Positions 9,756-20,406 of a stretch of 64,000 nt of DNA are shown piece by piece (the stretch's first letter is position 1; each line of letters starts with the position of its first letter). The notes below the pieces were generated by a model. It saw only the letters and a program-made list of their open reading frames with translations. It searched no databases and had not been told where the DNA came from. A program made the position numbers and the translations under genes. The stretch lies in IMG/VR virus record IMGVR_UViG_3300028048_000040, positions 64,001 to 128,000 of that record; one strand, 5' to 3'. The stretch is from a virus. Its lineage: Duplodnaviria > Caudoviricetes.

Positions 9756-11015
9756 TTATACAGATCTACCATTGATAGATACTACAGATTTAAGAATAGG
9801 AACTTGTATACCAAGAGAAGGAATAACATAGATGCACTTCTGTCTAAATCTAGTTATACCAGTATAGTTTAGTCGTTTATTAATATCATATCCACCACCA
9901 AAGTATTCTTGTAGATAGATACCATTAAAATACTGACTACCCTGAGATAGATGAGTAGTAATAGCATACCCAAATTCAAACTTCTCTCCATCTGGTCTAT
10001 ATAATGGATTACCAAACTCTTTCATACATTTCCTAGTTTTATTATCTGCTACGAAATAAGGATAGTCACAATCTATACTTTTAAATGTCACAGATGGAAA
10101 TAAGTCTGGTATAAAATCTAATTTGAATGTGCCTTTCTTAGTAAATGTAGATATACTAGGCATACTAGCAACTGTACCAGATAAACCATTAGTAAGATTT
10201 ACTCCGTCTAACTCTATCTCCCAGTTATTTTTTCTACATATTACTCTTTCTCCTAACTCAGGAAGAATACTATGCTTTCCTAATATATCCTTTCTGATAT
10301 GATAGTTATAATAATCTCTAGTCTTATTTAAACCACAGATTATAATTCTATACTTTGGAATGATATGATCTTCATACTGTTCAAACATATCTCTTGGTAA
10401 TACAATTACATCATTGAAATCTCCTGGAGGTATATCTTCTCCATGTAAAATTCTTTGAGAGAATTCTACTATAGCAGAATACTGTGCTTGTCTCATTATC
10501 TTAGTAAGAAAATGAACCTTATCTGGATTGGTTAGAAATAACTCTTTATCCTTTACTGGAGGAAGCTGATTTAGATCTCCGCATACCAATACTTTAATAC
10601 CAGTTCTAAATATATCCTGGCCCATATGAAAAGGGACCATAGATCCCTCATCAATACAGATCAATTTTACTATATCACTATTTAAACCAGCATAAATATA
10701 TCTAAGTCTTTTTCTAGATTCTCCAGTATAAGGATCAGTTATTGTTTCTTCTATTGGTTTATAGAGAGAAGAATGAATAGTTTTAGCATTTACAAAACCA
10801 TTAATCTTCATAACAGTCGTAGCAGAACCTGTATATGCCATAGCAGCATATTCCCATTCATCTAATCCTAATGCATCTATTATAGCATGCATAACCAAAG
10901 ACTTACCAGCACCAGCAGGACCACTATATTCAAATACTTGATCACTACTATTATAGAACCATGAGACAGCATCTTTAATGATATTCTGTTGTTCATCAGT
11001 AAGTTCTATATTCAT
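9756..11015 (-). CDS. SF1B RecD/Dda-like helicase
   Basis: GPAGAGKS, IDEGSMV, GDLNQLPPV, MRQA, YAITTHLSQGSQY, YTGITR. Confidence 0.92.
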   Translation of the reverse strand: MNIELTDEQQNIIKDAVSWFYNSSDQVFEYSGPAGAGKSLVMHAIIDALGLDEWEYAAMAYTGSATTVMKINGFVNAKTIHSSLYKPIEETITDPYTGESRKRLRYIYAGLNSDIVKLICIDEGSMVPFHMGQDIFRTGIKVLVCGDLNQLPPVKDKELFLTNPDKVHFLTKIMRQAQYSAIVEFSQRILHGEDIPPGDFNDVIVLPRDMFEQYEDHIIPKYRIIICGLNKTRDYYNYHIRKDILGKHSILPELGERVICRKNNWEIELDGVNLTNGLSGTVASMPSISTFTKKGTFKLDFIPDLFPSVTFKSIDCDYPYFVADNKTRKCMKEFGNPLYRPDGEKFEFGYAITTHLSQGSQYFNGIYLQEYFGGGYDINKRLNYTGITRFRQKCIYVIPSLGIQVPILKSVVSINGRSV

Positions 11016-11566
11016 TTATTTGCCTCAAACCATTCTTTCTCAAATACATCATACTGATTCAACACATCATCTATCATTTTATCAGTCATAGATTCTAATC
11101 TCATAAAAGCTTCAAGATACTTAGTTGAATCCTTATAATGATTCTTAGTAACTATTCTAGCTCCATTACCATAAAGAATAGCTACATATCCATATGTATC
11201 TGTTCTAGGAATCTCTGTAGTAGAAGCAGCAAAGATTTGTGTAGCTACTATCTCTGGATGTACCTCTTCTACATATTTCTTAAACAGTTCTTCCATAATG
11301 ATTGGATTATTATATGGGTCAAATACCAGATCATTAGAATGAACTATACCCATATTAGTATATCTTAATACCTTTCCTTTAATCATTATATAATCAGGTT
11401 CTAATGGATTCTCTTCTGCATCTACTATATATCCTTCAGAATCATATTCTAATCCAGTAACTCTAAGAACATCATTTATGAAATGATCTGATAATTCAGG
11501 ATTAGTACATAACTTAGATTTAATATTGGTAAGGGATTGGATTTTGGGTTTCTTTTGTCTTGGCAT
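11012..11566 (-). CDS. Hypothetical protein
   Basis: ORF with RBS, overlapping the helicase start. Confidence 0.75.
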   Translation of the reverse strand: MPRQKKPKIQSLTNIKSKLCTNPELSDHFINDVLRVTGLEYDSEGYIVDAEENPLEPDYIMIKGKVLRYTNMGIVHSNDLVFDPYNNPIIMEELFKKYVEEVHPEIVATQIFAASTTEIPRTDTYGYVAILYGNGARIVTKNHYKDSTKYLEAFMRLESMTDKMIDDVLNQYDVFEKEWFEANK

Positions 11567-11654
11567 TGTGGAATTCCTCCTAATACTTTTAAATATAATA
11601 TATCTCTACATTTCTTATTCCTAAGACAAAGGGATAATGAAAGGGGAGATATGA

Positions 11655-11999
11655 ATGGCTAATATTGAAAATACTACCACTACAGAGATAGCTATTCTTA
11701 TGGATGATCATGTAGATAAATACCATCCAGGAATTCAAGCTTTTAAATTACAATCTGTAAATGGTTTACAAAATAATACTAGAGAACAGCAAACATTCTC
11801 TATCAATATACCTAATCTTATGAATAAAGATCCTATAAACATTGGTAAGATAAATACCTCTTCCATAATTAAAATTAAACTTCCTAGAGAAGTTACTAGA
11901 GATTATCCTAAGAAATATATTCCAGTAGGTACTAGATTCATAGTAACATTCAACTCTGGAGATATAACCAAACCAGTTATAGTAGGGAGAGAAGAATAA
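11655..11999 (+). CDS. Hypothetical protein, probably baseplate-associated
   Basis: ORF with RBS; late-type motif at 11626-11637; coupled to the next gene. Confidence 0.65.
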   Translation: MANIENTTTTEIAILMDDHVDKYHPGIQAFKLQSVNGLQNNTREQQTFSINIPNLMNKDPINIGKINTSSIIKIKLPREVTRDYPKKYIPVGTRFIVTFNSGDITKPVIVGREE

Positions 12000-12481
12000 T
12001 GACAGTATTTCGTGCAGATGTTAGACTGCCTTCAGATACACATACAATATCAGAATTTATAAAAGTTGGTAATCAAAATAAAGCTAAGATTGGATATCCA
12101 GATTTATCTTATATAGAGAAAAGAGATGGGATGGAATATGTGGTAAAGAATACTATTAATGATTATCTTTGGGAGTTTAAGAGATATGCTAAAACTATTG
12201 TTTTAACTAGTGATGAAGTATTAACATACAGATTTAATCCAAAGAAACTAGCATTTGATATATATGGTTCTACAAGATTATACTATATAATCCTTCTTAT
12301 GAATGATATGTGTGATGTACATCAATTCAATCTAAAGAACAAAACTCTTTTACTATTAACTCCAACTCAGTTATCTGATTATCTATCTAGTGTATATAAA
12401 TCTGATATGAACTCTATTGCTAAATTTAATAAAGCTCATGAGAATGATGTAGTTTATAAACCAATACTTCCATTTAAATAA
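11999..12481 (+). CDS. Baseplate wedge protein, T4 gp53/LysM-like
   Basis: PKKLAFDIYGSTRLYYIILLMN resembles the gp53-type signature. Confidence 0.7.
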   Translation: MTVFRADVRLPSDTHTISEFIKVGNQNKAKIGYPDLSYIEKRDGMEYVVKNTINDYLWEFKRYAKTIVLTSDEVLTYRFNPKKLAFDIYGSTRLYYIILLMNDMCDVHQFNLKNKTLLLLTPTQLSDYLSSVYKSDMNSIAKFNKAHENDVVYKPILPFK

Positions 12482-12514
12482 TATAGTAGTATGGGGAAAC
12501 CCATACTACTATAT
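12481..12514. terminator. Bidirectional intrinsic terminator
   Basis: ATATAGTAGTATGGG-GAAA-CCCATACTACTATAT between convergent genes. Confidence 0.8.
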
Positions 12515-14388
12515 TATTCGTTATTGTATCCTTGCATCATATGATGTATCACTGCATCTATATACTCATTATATTCTTCATCAGATATATTCTTATATTT
12601 CTGAGGAACATGTTCACATACTACTATACCTTCTGGTTCTTTCTTATCATCTTCTACTATCTGACTAAACTTAATATCAATCTCCTCTTGTTGTGGTGTA
12701 GGTTGAATAGGAATATTTCCTAATCCTGGTTGCTCTACTGGCATTGCTGTATTCTGACTAAGAGCATTCATAGTAGGAACAGTTTGCATTTGAGCAAAAT
12801 TAGAGAACTGATCAATTATATCATCTTCAGATATATCTAGAGAAGTCTTATACACTGGAGATGCTAATCCATAATCTTCCATAAATGCTATCTGAGATGA
12901 GTCATAATATGGTACATAGATACTAGTATCTGTCTTCTTCTCATCTATTGGATATCTATGTTTTACTAACTTCATACCCATAAACTTATGACGTAATCCT
13001 CTAGCATCTACCCATAATTCTGGAATGATGATAATGCTACCATCTAGATTTCTATCTATATTGATAGAATCGCCGAAATCTGCTCTAGTAACATTTTTGA
13101 TTAGATTATGTTTAAGCTTAGATCTAGACTCATCTGTTACTTTTACTGCACCTCTATTCAACTGAGATGCTGTAATAACTGGAATATTCTCTAAAGTACC
13201 AAATGTCTTAAAGTCATTTACTACAGTACCTAAATCTTGATACTGGTCTTTAGTCCATACAGATGGTCTAATACGCATAAGATAATCTTGAATCAAACAA
13301 ATAGGTTCAAATCCTTCATCTTTCAATTCATCACTAAGTTGATATAGATAATCAGTATTTACAGACATAACAGGTTTGAACTTAATTACTATCTCTATAG
13401 GATTATCTTTACCATATTCAAACTGACATCTTGCAAATTCTGCTAATGCCTCATCTGCATTGGCACATTCTTTCAGTTCTTTACCTCTAGTGATTATATG
13501 ATATATAGCACAGATATATTCTATAACAAAGTTTTCCATGGTCAATAAAACTATACAAGGTTTCTTTGTTGGATCCATAGTCTTATAATCTGCGTTATAT
13601 TTCCATATCTGATACAATAGATTTTCTAGAGTGACTGTCTTACCTTCACCTGGTAATCCAAAGAAACAATATACTCTACCTTTTTCAAAACCTCCTCCTA
13701 ACATATTATTCAAACCAACCATACCAGTTTTTAGTTTATAAGATGGAGCTGTAATGAACTTATGCACATCATACAGACTATCCTTAATACTAGATAATCT
13801 GAATAAAGTAGATGCATCATCTGTATCAAACTTATTCTTTCTCATATCATTATTGAAAGATCCTACAAGATTCATTATAGGATTAAACATTTGATTCTTT
13901 ACTCTGAAATCAGAATTTGTATAGTTCTCAAATGTATCTCTCATCTTAATGGCATAGTTGTCCATAGTCATATTATTACATATCTGCTGTATGGTCTGTT
14001 CTATAGAAGATACTGTTTCATCAGATAAGTCTGTTAAGAATGGTTCTATTGGTTTGATATCTATTAAATTATCTATCATAGATAGCATAGTTAATCTACT
14101 AGCTCCATTGTTCTTAACTCTTATACCTAAAGCTACTTTAAGAAATGTAAACTTTAGAAGCATTGTTTGAGTCTTGAAATTAGTTTCATCTAGACAGTCT
14201 ATAACTTCTTTGAGTTTCTTAATTGCTGCTCTATGTATATTAGTATTCTCCGCAATAACATAACTACATAGATTCTCCATAATAGGTTCGGATAATCCAT
14301 AAAGTCTTGCCTCTACAGATTGCATTGGTTTAGATAGATCATTTCCTTTAAATTTCTTTCTTCTTTCTTCTTGTGTGCTTTTAGCCAT
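12514..14388 (-). CDS. DnaB-like replicative helicase
   Basis: GLPGEGKT, TMEN, IQDYL, ITASQLNR; start moved to MAKSTQEE behind AAGGGAG. Confidence 0.9.
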   Translation of the reverse strand: MAKSTQEERRKKFKGNDLSKPMQSVEARLYGLSEPIMENLCSYVIAENTNIHRAAIKKLKEVIDCLDETNFKTQTMLLKFTFLKVALGIRVKNNGASRLTMLSMIDNLIDIKPIEPFLTDLSDETVSSIEQTIQQICNNMTMDNYAIKMRDTFENYTNSDFRVKNQMFNPIMNLVGSFNNDMRKNKFDTDDASTLFRLSSIKDSLYDVHKFITAPSYKLKTGMVGLNNMLGGGFEKGRVYCFFGLPGEGKTVTLENLLYQIWKYNADYKTMDPTKKPCIVLLTMENFVIEYICAIYHIITRGKELKECANADEALAEFARCQFEYGKDNPIEIVIKFKPVMSVNTDYLYQLSDELKDEGFEPICLIQDYLMRIRPSVWTKDQYQDLGTVVNDFKTFGTLENIPVITASQLNRGAVKVTDESRSKLKHNLIKNVTRADFGDSINIDRNLDGSIIIIPELWVDARGLRHKFMGMKLVKHRYPIDEKKTDTSIYVPYYDSSQIAFMEDYGLASPVYKTSLDISEDDIIDQFSNFAQMQTVPTMNALSQNTAMPVEQPGLGNIPIQPTPQQEEIDIKFSQIVEDDKKEPEGIVVCEHVPQKYKNISDEEYNEYIDAVIHHMMQGYNNE

Positions 14389-14446
14389 AATAATATCTCC
14401 CTTACTTGATTCTCTCGTACTAATCTGTCGAGGATATTTTTGATGT

Positions 14447-15592
14447 TTACAATGCACTGATTTCCTTGATGAATGATTTTAGTAAATCTGTAGTCCAATA
14501 TGATATTCCTTCTTTACTATTTATAAACTGCACTAACTTATCTTCTGGTGTAGAGTTATCAAATAGATAAGAATACTTATCATAATTCATATTCATTTCT
14601 TCTAGTTGCTTTTGTATTCTATGTTTCTCAAAGTTTGTTTCTATCTTGATATCCTTTCTATTAGCAAATACTGTCTTCAATATAGCTATCTTATCTAGAT
14701 CTTCTACAGTAAATCTTACTCGTATATTATCAACTCCTTGAGCTTTAAGATTATTTATATAATCAACCATATATCTAGGATCTGCTTTAAGCATATCATC
14801 TAGATTAATAGTCTTATACACAAATGATTCTATCTCCTCCATATGAACCATATATTGTCTAGTAGCTAGATTGTGTAGCAATACTAAATATCCTTTAGGT
14901 TCTTCTTCACCATGTCTCCAACGTAAAGGAGATCCACAATAATAGAAGTCTTTCTTATAGATATTATGTATATGCACATGACCAGATATGATAGGTCCTC
15001 TACATAAAGCAAAATCATTCATACAGAATACTGGTTCTCTTGGAGAATCTAAATCAGGTTTATTCTTCCCTACTATGGATCCTACAAATGTACCATGCAT
15101 ATAACAAGCATCATACATTCCATTCTCAAATAAGAATCTAGCATAATATTCATATCCCTTACCATATTCTTCTGTAATACAAAGAATCTTTTTCCCCTTA
15201 ACAAAAAGAAATTGAGTATTCAAAACTAACCTTAGATCAACTCCTGACCCCACGAATGGAGTAAAGAGTTTTAATTGATCAGAATCATGAGAACTAGTAC
15301 CGTTTAAGATAATCAATGTAGCATTCTTCTGAATACATATATCTACTAAGTCTTTTACAAACATCATAGCATACATTACAGCATCAGAATTAGCCATTAA
15401 CTTTCTATCAAATATATCTCCATCTATAGATACTATATCCAATACATTCATTTCTCTCAAATGAGACAAAAATTGATCAGAGAGTATTTGATATTCTTTA
15501 AGAGGATCTACTACACCAAAGTGTAGATCCGCTATATGTGCTTCCATAAATACTTCTTGTGGTCTAATAAATTCAACTACGTTCTTTAACAT
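14447..15592 (-). CDS. SbcD/Mre11-like nuclease
   Basis: ADLHFG, GDIFD, GTSSHD, MHG, SGHVH, YCGS metallophosphoesterase motifs. Confidence 0.88.
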   Translation of the reverse strand: MLKNVVEFIRPQEVFMEAHIADLHFGVVDPLKEYQILSDQFLSHLREMNVLDIVSIDGDIFDRKLMANSDAVMYAMMFVKDLVDICIQKNATLIILNGTSSHDSDQLKLFTPFVGSGVDLRLVLNTQFLFVKGKKILCITEEYGKGYEYYARFLFENGMYDACYMHGTFVGSIVGKNKPDLDSPREPVFCMNDFALCRGPIISGHVHIHNIYKKDFYYCGSPLRWRHGEEEPKGYLVLLHNLATRQYMVHMEEIESFVYKTINLDDMLKADPRYMVDYINNLKAQGVDNIRVRFTVEDLDKIAILKTVFANRKDIKIETNFEKHRIQKQLEEMNMNYDKYSYLFDNSTPEDKLVQFINSKEGISYWTTDLLKSFIKEISAL

Positions 15593-15691
15593 ATTGACTC
15601 CTCCTTATCTATCATTATAATAGTATATGTCTAAAAATCATATTAAAGAAAAAAATACAAGGATGTGGAGTCCTTGTATTTTTTGAATGCT

Positions 15692-16138
15692 TTATTTACA
15701 TTCATCATTGTCCGGATCATCCCACTGTACCACGATATACGGAAGTGGATGAGTGGGATTTGCCTTAAACATTGAAACTTTGAAACCAGCAGATGCTTTT
15801 AATTCGTGGACAGCATCTCCAAGTACATCTTTTGTGCACGTGATATCAGGATTGATTTCATTTTCTTTTTCTTTAGAAGATGCAGCAACTTGAGCCATTG
15901 CCTTCATAATGTCATCAGCTGTTGCTTTTTCGTCAGATGCTTCTATTTGCTTGTATAAAATAGTAGCATTGAACTGAGCTTTGTTCATAGCATCTTCGAT
16001 CTTAGAAACAATGACATTGATAACGTCTTGCACATTTTTGTCATGTTTCTCTTGTTTTCTTTTAACAATTTCTGCGTAAACTTTTGCAGAAACCTCAGAT
16101 GCTTTTGCGGCGTTGATAGAAATGTTGAACTTTGCCAT
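15692..16138 (-). CDS. Hypothetical early protein with the conserved structured leader
   Basis: ORF with RBS, promoter and terminator. Confidence 0.8.
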   Translation of the reverse strand: MAKFNISINAAKASEVSAKVYAEIVKRKQEKHDKNVQDVINVIVSKIEDAMNKAQFNATILYKQIEASDEKATADDIMKAMAQVAASSKEKENEINPDITCTKDVLGDAVHELKASAGFKVSMFKANPTHPLPYIVVQWDDPDNDECK

Positions 16139-16206
16139 GATAAAAGACTCCTTTCTATATTTACACGTCTACACCTAATCTCCGATGTAGATCTTGTCTT
16201 TATCAC
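16136..16206 (-). promoter_or_regulatory. Conserved start-codon-sequestering 5' UTR, copy 1
   Basis: GTGATAAAGAC...GTCTTTTATCATG with inner hairpin TCTACA-TCGGAGATTAGG-TGTAGA. Confidence 0.7.
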
Positions 16207-16289
16207 GGCTATAATATACATTTGAAATATACTAGTTTTACAAAAAAGATAGTAAGGGAGAAATCCCTTACTATCCTATTCAATTTACA

Positions 16290-16994
16290 TTAATCTTCTT
16301 TTTCTAACTTTGTGATATTATAATACATTGTTTTTAAAGAAACTGTATGGAGGTCAACAAACTTAGGAGGAGTATCGTCATAAAGATCATATGGGTCATC
16401 ACGCCTAATATAGCGCATATCAGCTTTGAGTTTATCTGTAAGACTTTTCTTGATTTCCATCATCTTATCATATGCTTCAGAGCATTTAATGTTGATAAAA
16501 TCTTCAGGAATAGAAGAGAAAATCCTGGATAGTGTAATTGAAACATCACAATCTTCAAAGCAACCAATTACACCATTCTCATCAATAGGTGTGCTCATTT
16601 TGACCCATATAGAATCAGTATAAGATGTTTCAATAGTCAAATCCTTTTTGCCTAATAATGTAGCTGCAACTAATGATATTCGTGATTTGGAACTTTTGTG
16701 ATAGTTATCAGATGCACTGCCAAGTATTACATTAAATATACTCGATACAAAATCTTCTACAGCAACATATGCAAAGAATGGAAATTTAACAGTCATATTG
16801 TCTTCCCTGAGTTTACCAGTTTTAATGTCAAGGTTATATGCAGAGTTTACTATAAAATTAGTCTCGAAGACATCTGGATCATGTGCATATGATCCTGTAT
16901 AGACTGAAATGAAATCAGGATCGTTTTTGTCATCCTCTTCTGGTATATCCAGTCCACTGGGAATCCAACTTTTGATGATTTCTTCTTTCGTCAT
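16290..16994 (-). CDS. Hypothetical protein
   Basis: ORF with RBS downstream of telA. Confidence 0.75.
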   Translation of the reverse strand: MTKEEIIKSWIPSGLDIPEEDDKNDPDFISVYTGSYAHDPDVFETNFIVNSAYNLDIKTGKLREDNMTVKFPFFAYVAVEDFVSSIFNVILGSASDNYHKSSKSRISLVAATLLGKKDLTIETSYTDSIWVKMSTPIDENGVIGCFEDCDVSITLSRIFSSIPEDFINIKCSEAYDKMMEIKKSLTDKLKADMRYIRRDDPYDLYDDTPPKFVDLHTVSLKTMYYNITKLEKED

Positions 16995-17006
16995 GATATT
17001 TCTCCT

Positions 17007-18173
17007 TTACATAGTTCCTCTGCCTTGAGCTGTAGTGGAATACAGTGTGTCCTTGAGTCTAGACTCAATCTGAACAAGTTCTTGTTCAACTTGCTGTCTC
17101 TTAGCTCTACCTTCCTGCTGGATACGAAGAGTTTCTTCTATAGTAGTAATAAGAGATTCATTTGCTTCTTTAAGACTCTCTATATCTACTATACCTCTTT
17201 CAGACTCTCTAGCAGTTTCAATGCTATTAGTCTTCAGCATCTCAGCATTCTTCTTTATCAACTGATTGGTCATATCAGTAACAGACCGATTCAGTTTTAA
17301 TACTTGAGCCTGTCTATTCAGACCAAGAGATACACATACACTCATCTTCCAAAGAGGAAGTGTATTATTGATAGTGGTCTGTACTCTATCAATCAGCATT
17401 TTATCATTATTCTGAATAAGTCTAATCTGAGGAGCAGTCTGAATAGAAATGGTTTTAGATATCTTCAAATCATGAAGTTTCTTTTCAAATCTATCTACCA
17501 TCTGTTCAAAATCTGCTACAGCCTGATTAGCCATCATATCGCCAGACTCAAGAGCTTGCTGTTTAAGAGATGGCAATGCAACTTCTCTCAATTCTACAAG
17601 CTTCTCTTCACCAGCCTGTATATACAGTTGAAGGTTCTTAAAGTATTCATAATTCTTCTTGTACAGGGTATCATAAATCTTTATATCCTTCATCATCATA
17701 TGCTGAGCCTTATCTAATTCAGATTCGATTCTAGTAACCTGAGTAGATAAAGAATCATATCCTCTAATCATCTTCTTAGAATTATCTACCAATTTACCTA
17801 AGAATGGAATCTTAGAAAGGAAAGTATTATTAGACTTATCAAAGTCTTGTACTTTTCCTACTAAGTCATTCAGCAACTCACCAACATGACCAGAATCTTT
17901 GGTCTTTACATTTTGAAGTATAGAGTCTGAGAAAGTAGTAATGTTTCTCTGTGCTACATTACCAAACGAAATTACTGAATTAGTATCAGTGATATTAATA
18001 GAGTCTTTGATTCTATCAATCTCTTTTCTATCCTCAGGAGAAATCTCTGCTAACTCAAAATCGTTTTTCACAGGCATAGTTTCCTGCACATTCTGAATAG
18101 CTGTTTCAGAATTAGGAACTGCTTTATTAGCAGCTCCAGACATAATATCCTCTAATTTGTACTCTGTTGCCAT
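17007..18173 (-). CDS. telA: Toxic anion resistance protein TelA
   Basis: FGNVAQ, LYIQAGEEKL, QTAPQIRLIQNND, TLPLWK, RGIVDIESLK. Confidence 0.93.
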   Translation of the reverse strand: MATEYKLEDIMSGAANKAVPNSETAIQNVQETMPVKNDFELAEISPEDRKEIDRIKDSINITDTNSVISFGNVAQRNITTFSDSILQNVKTKDSGHVGELLNDLVGKVQDFDKSNNTFLSKIPFLGKLVDNSKKMIRGYDSLSTQVTRIESELDKAQHMMMKDIKIYDTLYKKNYEYFKNLQLYIQAGEEKLVELREVALPSLKQQALESGDMMANQAVADFEQMVDRFEKKLHDLKISKTISIQTAPQIRLIQNNDKMLIDRVQTTINNTLPLWKMSVCVSLGLNRQAQVLKLNRSVTDMTNQLIKKNAEMLKTNSIETARESERGIVDIESLKEANESLITTIEETLRIQQEGRAKRQQVEQELVQIESRLKDTLYSTTAQGRGTM

Positions 18174-18200
18174 AATACATGCATCTCCTTATTATATTTA

Positions 18201-19415
18201 TTATTCTATAAAAGTAGAAATACCAGAATAATCAACCTTCTTACCAGATGATATTCTTCTTTTTCTTTTATTGGAATCATACCAAGAGATAATTTTAGCC
18301 CAATCTGCAGAATCAAAGAAAAGATCTAATCCTTCATTGGCTAAGAATTCTTTATCTCCTTTTATCAATACTTTAAATCCTTCTCCAAGAGATATTAAGT
18401 ATGGGATAAAAGTCCAGAATAGAATCATTCGTATTAAGAATGTCTCACTCTGTACCATATGTTTATGGAAAGAGAATATTCCTGTAGGAAGCATAGCAAG
18501 AGCAACATATTTCATCCTAGTCTCATGTATTTTTTCTACATCTTTATTCTTAGCTATATGATCATACCAAAATTTAGCATAATCTGATTCTATTTTACGA
18601 ATCTCAGTTATAGAAAATCTACCATCAATAGCTCTTGATAAGGCCAAACCATACTCAATCAATTCTTCTTCCACCTCTGGGTCTACATACATCCCATACA
18701 TAGGATGCATAGGATCTTTACATACTTCTTGTGTATTACTACTATAATCACTAGATTCTTTTTTCTTAGTGGTTGTTTCTTCCATTTCACTAAGATCTAT
18801 ACTATCAAGTCTATCTTCAATATCATCATAGACTTCTTGAACTTTTTCCCTCCTAGCATTTGCTTTAGTAGTATCAGTTTCATGTAGATTAGATACCTCA
18901 ACGCCTTGCTGTTTCATATCTTCTACTAATACAGCTAATTCTGCATTGATATCAATATGATCAGTATCTGTAATCTTTTTATATTCATTATTGAATATCT
19001 CTACAAAGCTTATCAGTACATTCCGTATATTGGATTTTGTATTGATAAAATCTTCATCTACTACTACTGATGCTGCTTCATCCATAGAAGAATATTTTCG
19101 ACAAAGCATAACTGCTTTGTCTTGATAGTGTTCAATAAACTTTCTAGCAGTAAAAATCTTTTCTTGATTCTTATTAATATGATTGATGATAGTAAAAGAA
19201 ATCTCTGCTAGCTTAAATATAGCTGTAGCTAGTTCTTTATCTTCTTTAGTTCTATCTATATTAGAACTAGCCAACCTAAGGGTATTCTGGTCTTTAACAG
19301 CTTTTTGTAATAATTCTTTCTTGAATACTTCAGAATCATTCTCATCCATTTTGCTTCCTCCTTTGTTAAAATTGACTTCTTTTCCATTAATAAATACTCT
19401 ACATGAAAGCATCAC
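18201..19415 (-). CDS. XpaC-like protein fused to a C-terminal TM2-like membrane domain
   Basis: ARKFIEHYQDKAV...DINAELAVL resembles XpaC; directly upstream of telA; GIFSFHK...LFWTFIPYLISLGEG resembles TM2. Confidence 0.65.
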   Translation of the reverse strand: MMLSCRVFINGKEVNFNKGGSKMDENDSEVFKKELLQKAVKDQNTLRLASSNIDRTKEDKELATAIFKLAEISFTIINHINKNQEKIFTARKFIEHYQDKAVMLCRKYSSMDEAASVVVDEDFINTKSNIRNVLISFVEIFNNEYKKITDTDHIDINAELAVLVEDMKQQGVEVSNLHETDTTKANARREKVQEVYDDIEDRLDSIDLSEMEETTTKKKESSDYSSNTQEVCKDPMHPMYGMYVDPEVEEELIEYGLALSRAIDGRFSITEIRKIESDYAKFWYDHIAKNKDVEKIHETRMKYVALAMLPTGIFSFHKHMVQSETFLIRMILFWTFIPYLISLGEGFKVLIKGDKEFLANEGLDLFFDSADWAKIISWYDSNKRKRRISSGKKVDYSGISTFIE

Positions 19416-19566
19416 CCAATTCGTCCTTTCTTAAAATTCAGAAAGAGAGTGAGAGAGGAAATACTCCTCTCTCATAAACAAACCATGGAGATGCACACAA
19501 TTATATATAAGTATACACACTATTTGCTTTTAACTCTCTATCCATAATAATAGTATATACTTATTT

Positions 19567-20406
19567 TCATTTTTGAGTTGGTTGATCAAAAAACATACTA
19601 ATACCTAATTCGAGTTCTAATAAAGACAATACCATTACAGATAACATCTTGATCAAATGAAATGTCATATTTGTAAAACTATTACTATCATCTTCCTTAA
19701 TAGCAGAATCTAATAGATAGTTAGGATTGCTTATATTTCCATCTCCATCTATCTTTATATACTTAAATTTTAGTAAATCTGCTGTCTTAGCATGAAATTC
19801 ATCTTCACAGTCATATATTGTTTGTGTAAGTTCACAAGTTCCATCTAATAAGTTTACATTAGCTTTAGTAATCGTATACTTATTCTCAAATGAGTCAAAT
19901 GCCTCTGTTGATCTACATATAACATTGAACCAATCCATTACTACATTCTCATCTGTAGTATCTAAATCTAGATTAGATTGTATAGTGAGTTCATTTTCTT
20001 TAAATACTCTTTTTATAATCTCTTCGGTATCTTTCTCTGCTGTAGCAGCATAAGTTAATAAAAACTCTATAAAGCTTAATAAGACAGGTATTATTCTATT
20101 AGGATACTTTTCTACTGTCTTTAAATATCTACTCATAGAATTCATAGCAAACTTTTGTATTCTAGGATACTTCCAGTTCACAAAATACCATAACTTAATT
20201 TTATTGATAGTTTTTTCAAACCAAGTCTTTTGAGTACTCATTGCCATACCAAGATTAGATAAAGAGTTTAGAAACTTCATGTACATGGTAAACAACCTCA
20301 TTAATTGCCCTTCATCATTTTCTTTGTTCCAAAACATGATTAAACTCACCTTCCAAATATTTGATGTGATAATACGAATATAGTAAGGACATAAAAGTTC
20401 TCTCAC
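19567..20406 (-). CDS. Hypothetical protein (true start probably later)
   Basis: ORF track. Confidence 0.65.
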   Translation of the reverse strand: MRELLCPYYIRIITSNIWKVSLIMFWNKENDEGQLMRLFTMYMKFLNSLSNLGMAMSTQKTWFEKTINKIKLWYFVNWKYPRIQKFAMNSMSRYLKTVEKYPNRIIPVLLSFIEFLLTYAATAEKDTEEIIKRVFKENELTIQSNLDLDTTDENVVMDWFNVICRSTEAFDSFENKYTITKANVNLLDGTCELTQTIYDCEDEFHAKTADLLKFKYIKIDGDGNISNPNYLLDSAIKEDDSNSFTNMTFHLIKMLSVMVLSLLELELGISMFFDQPTQK

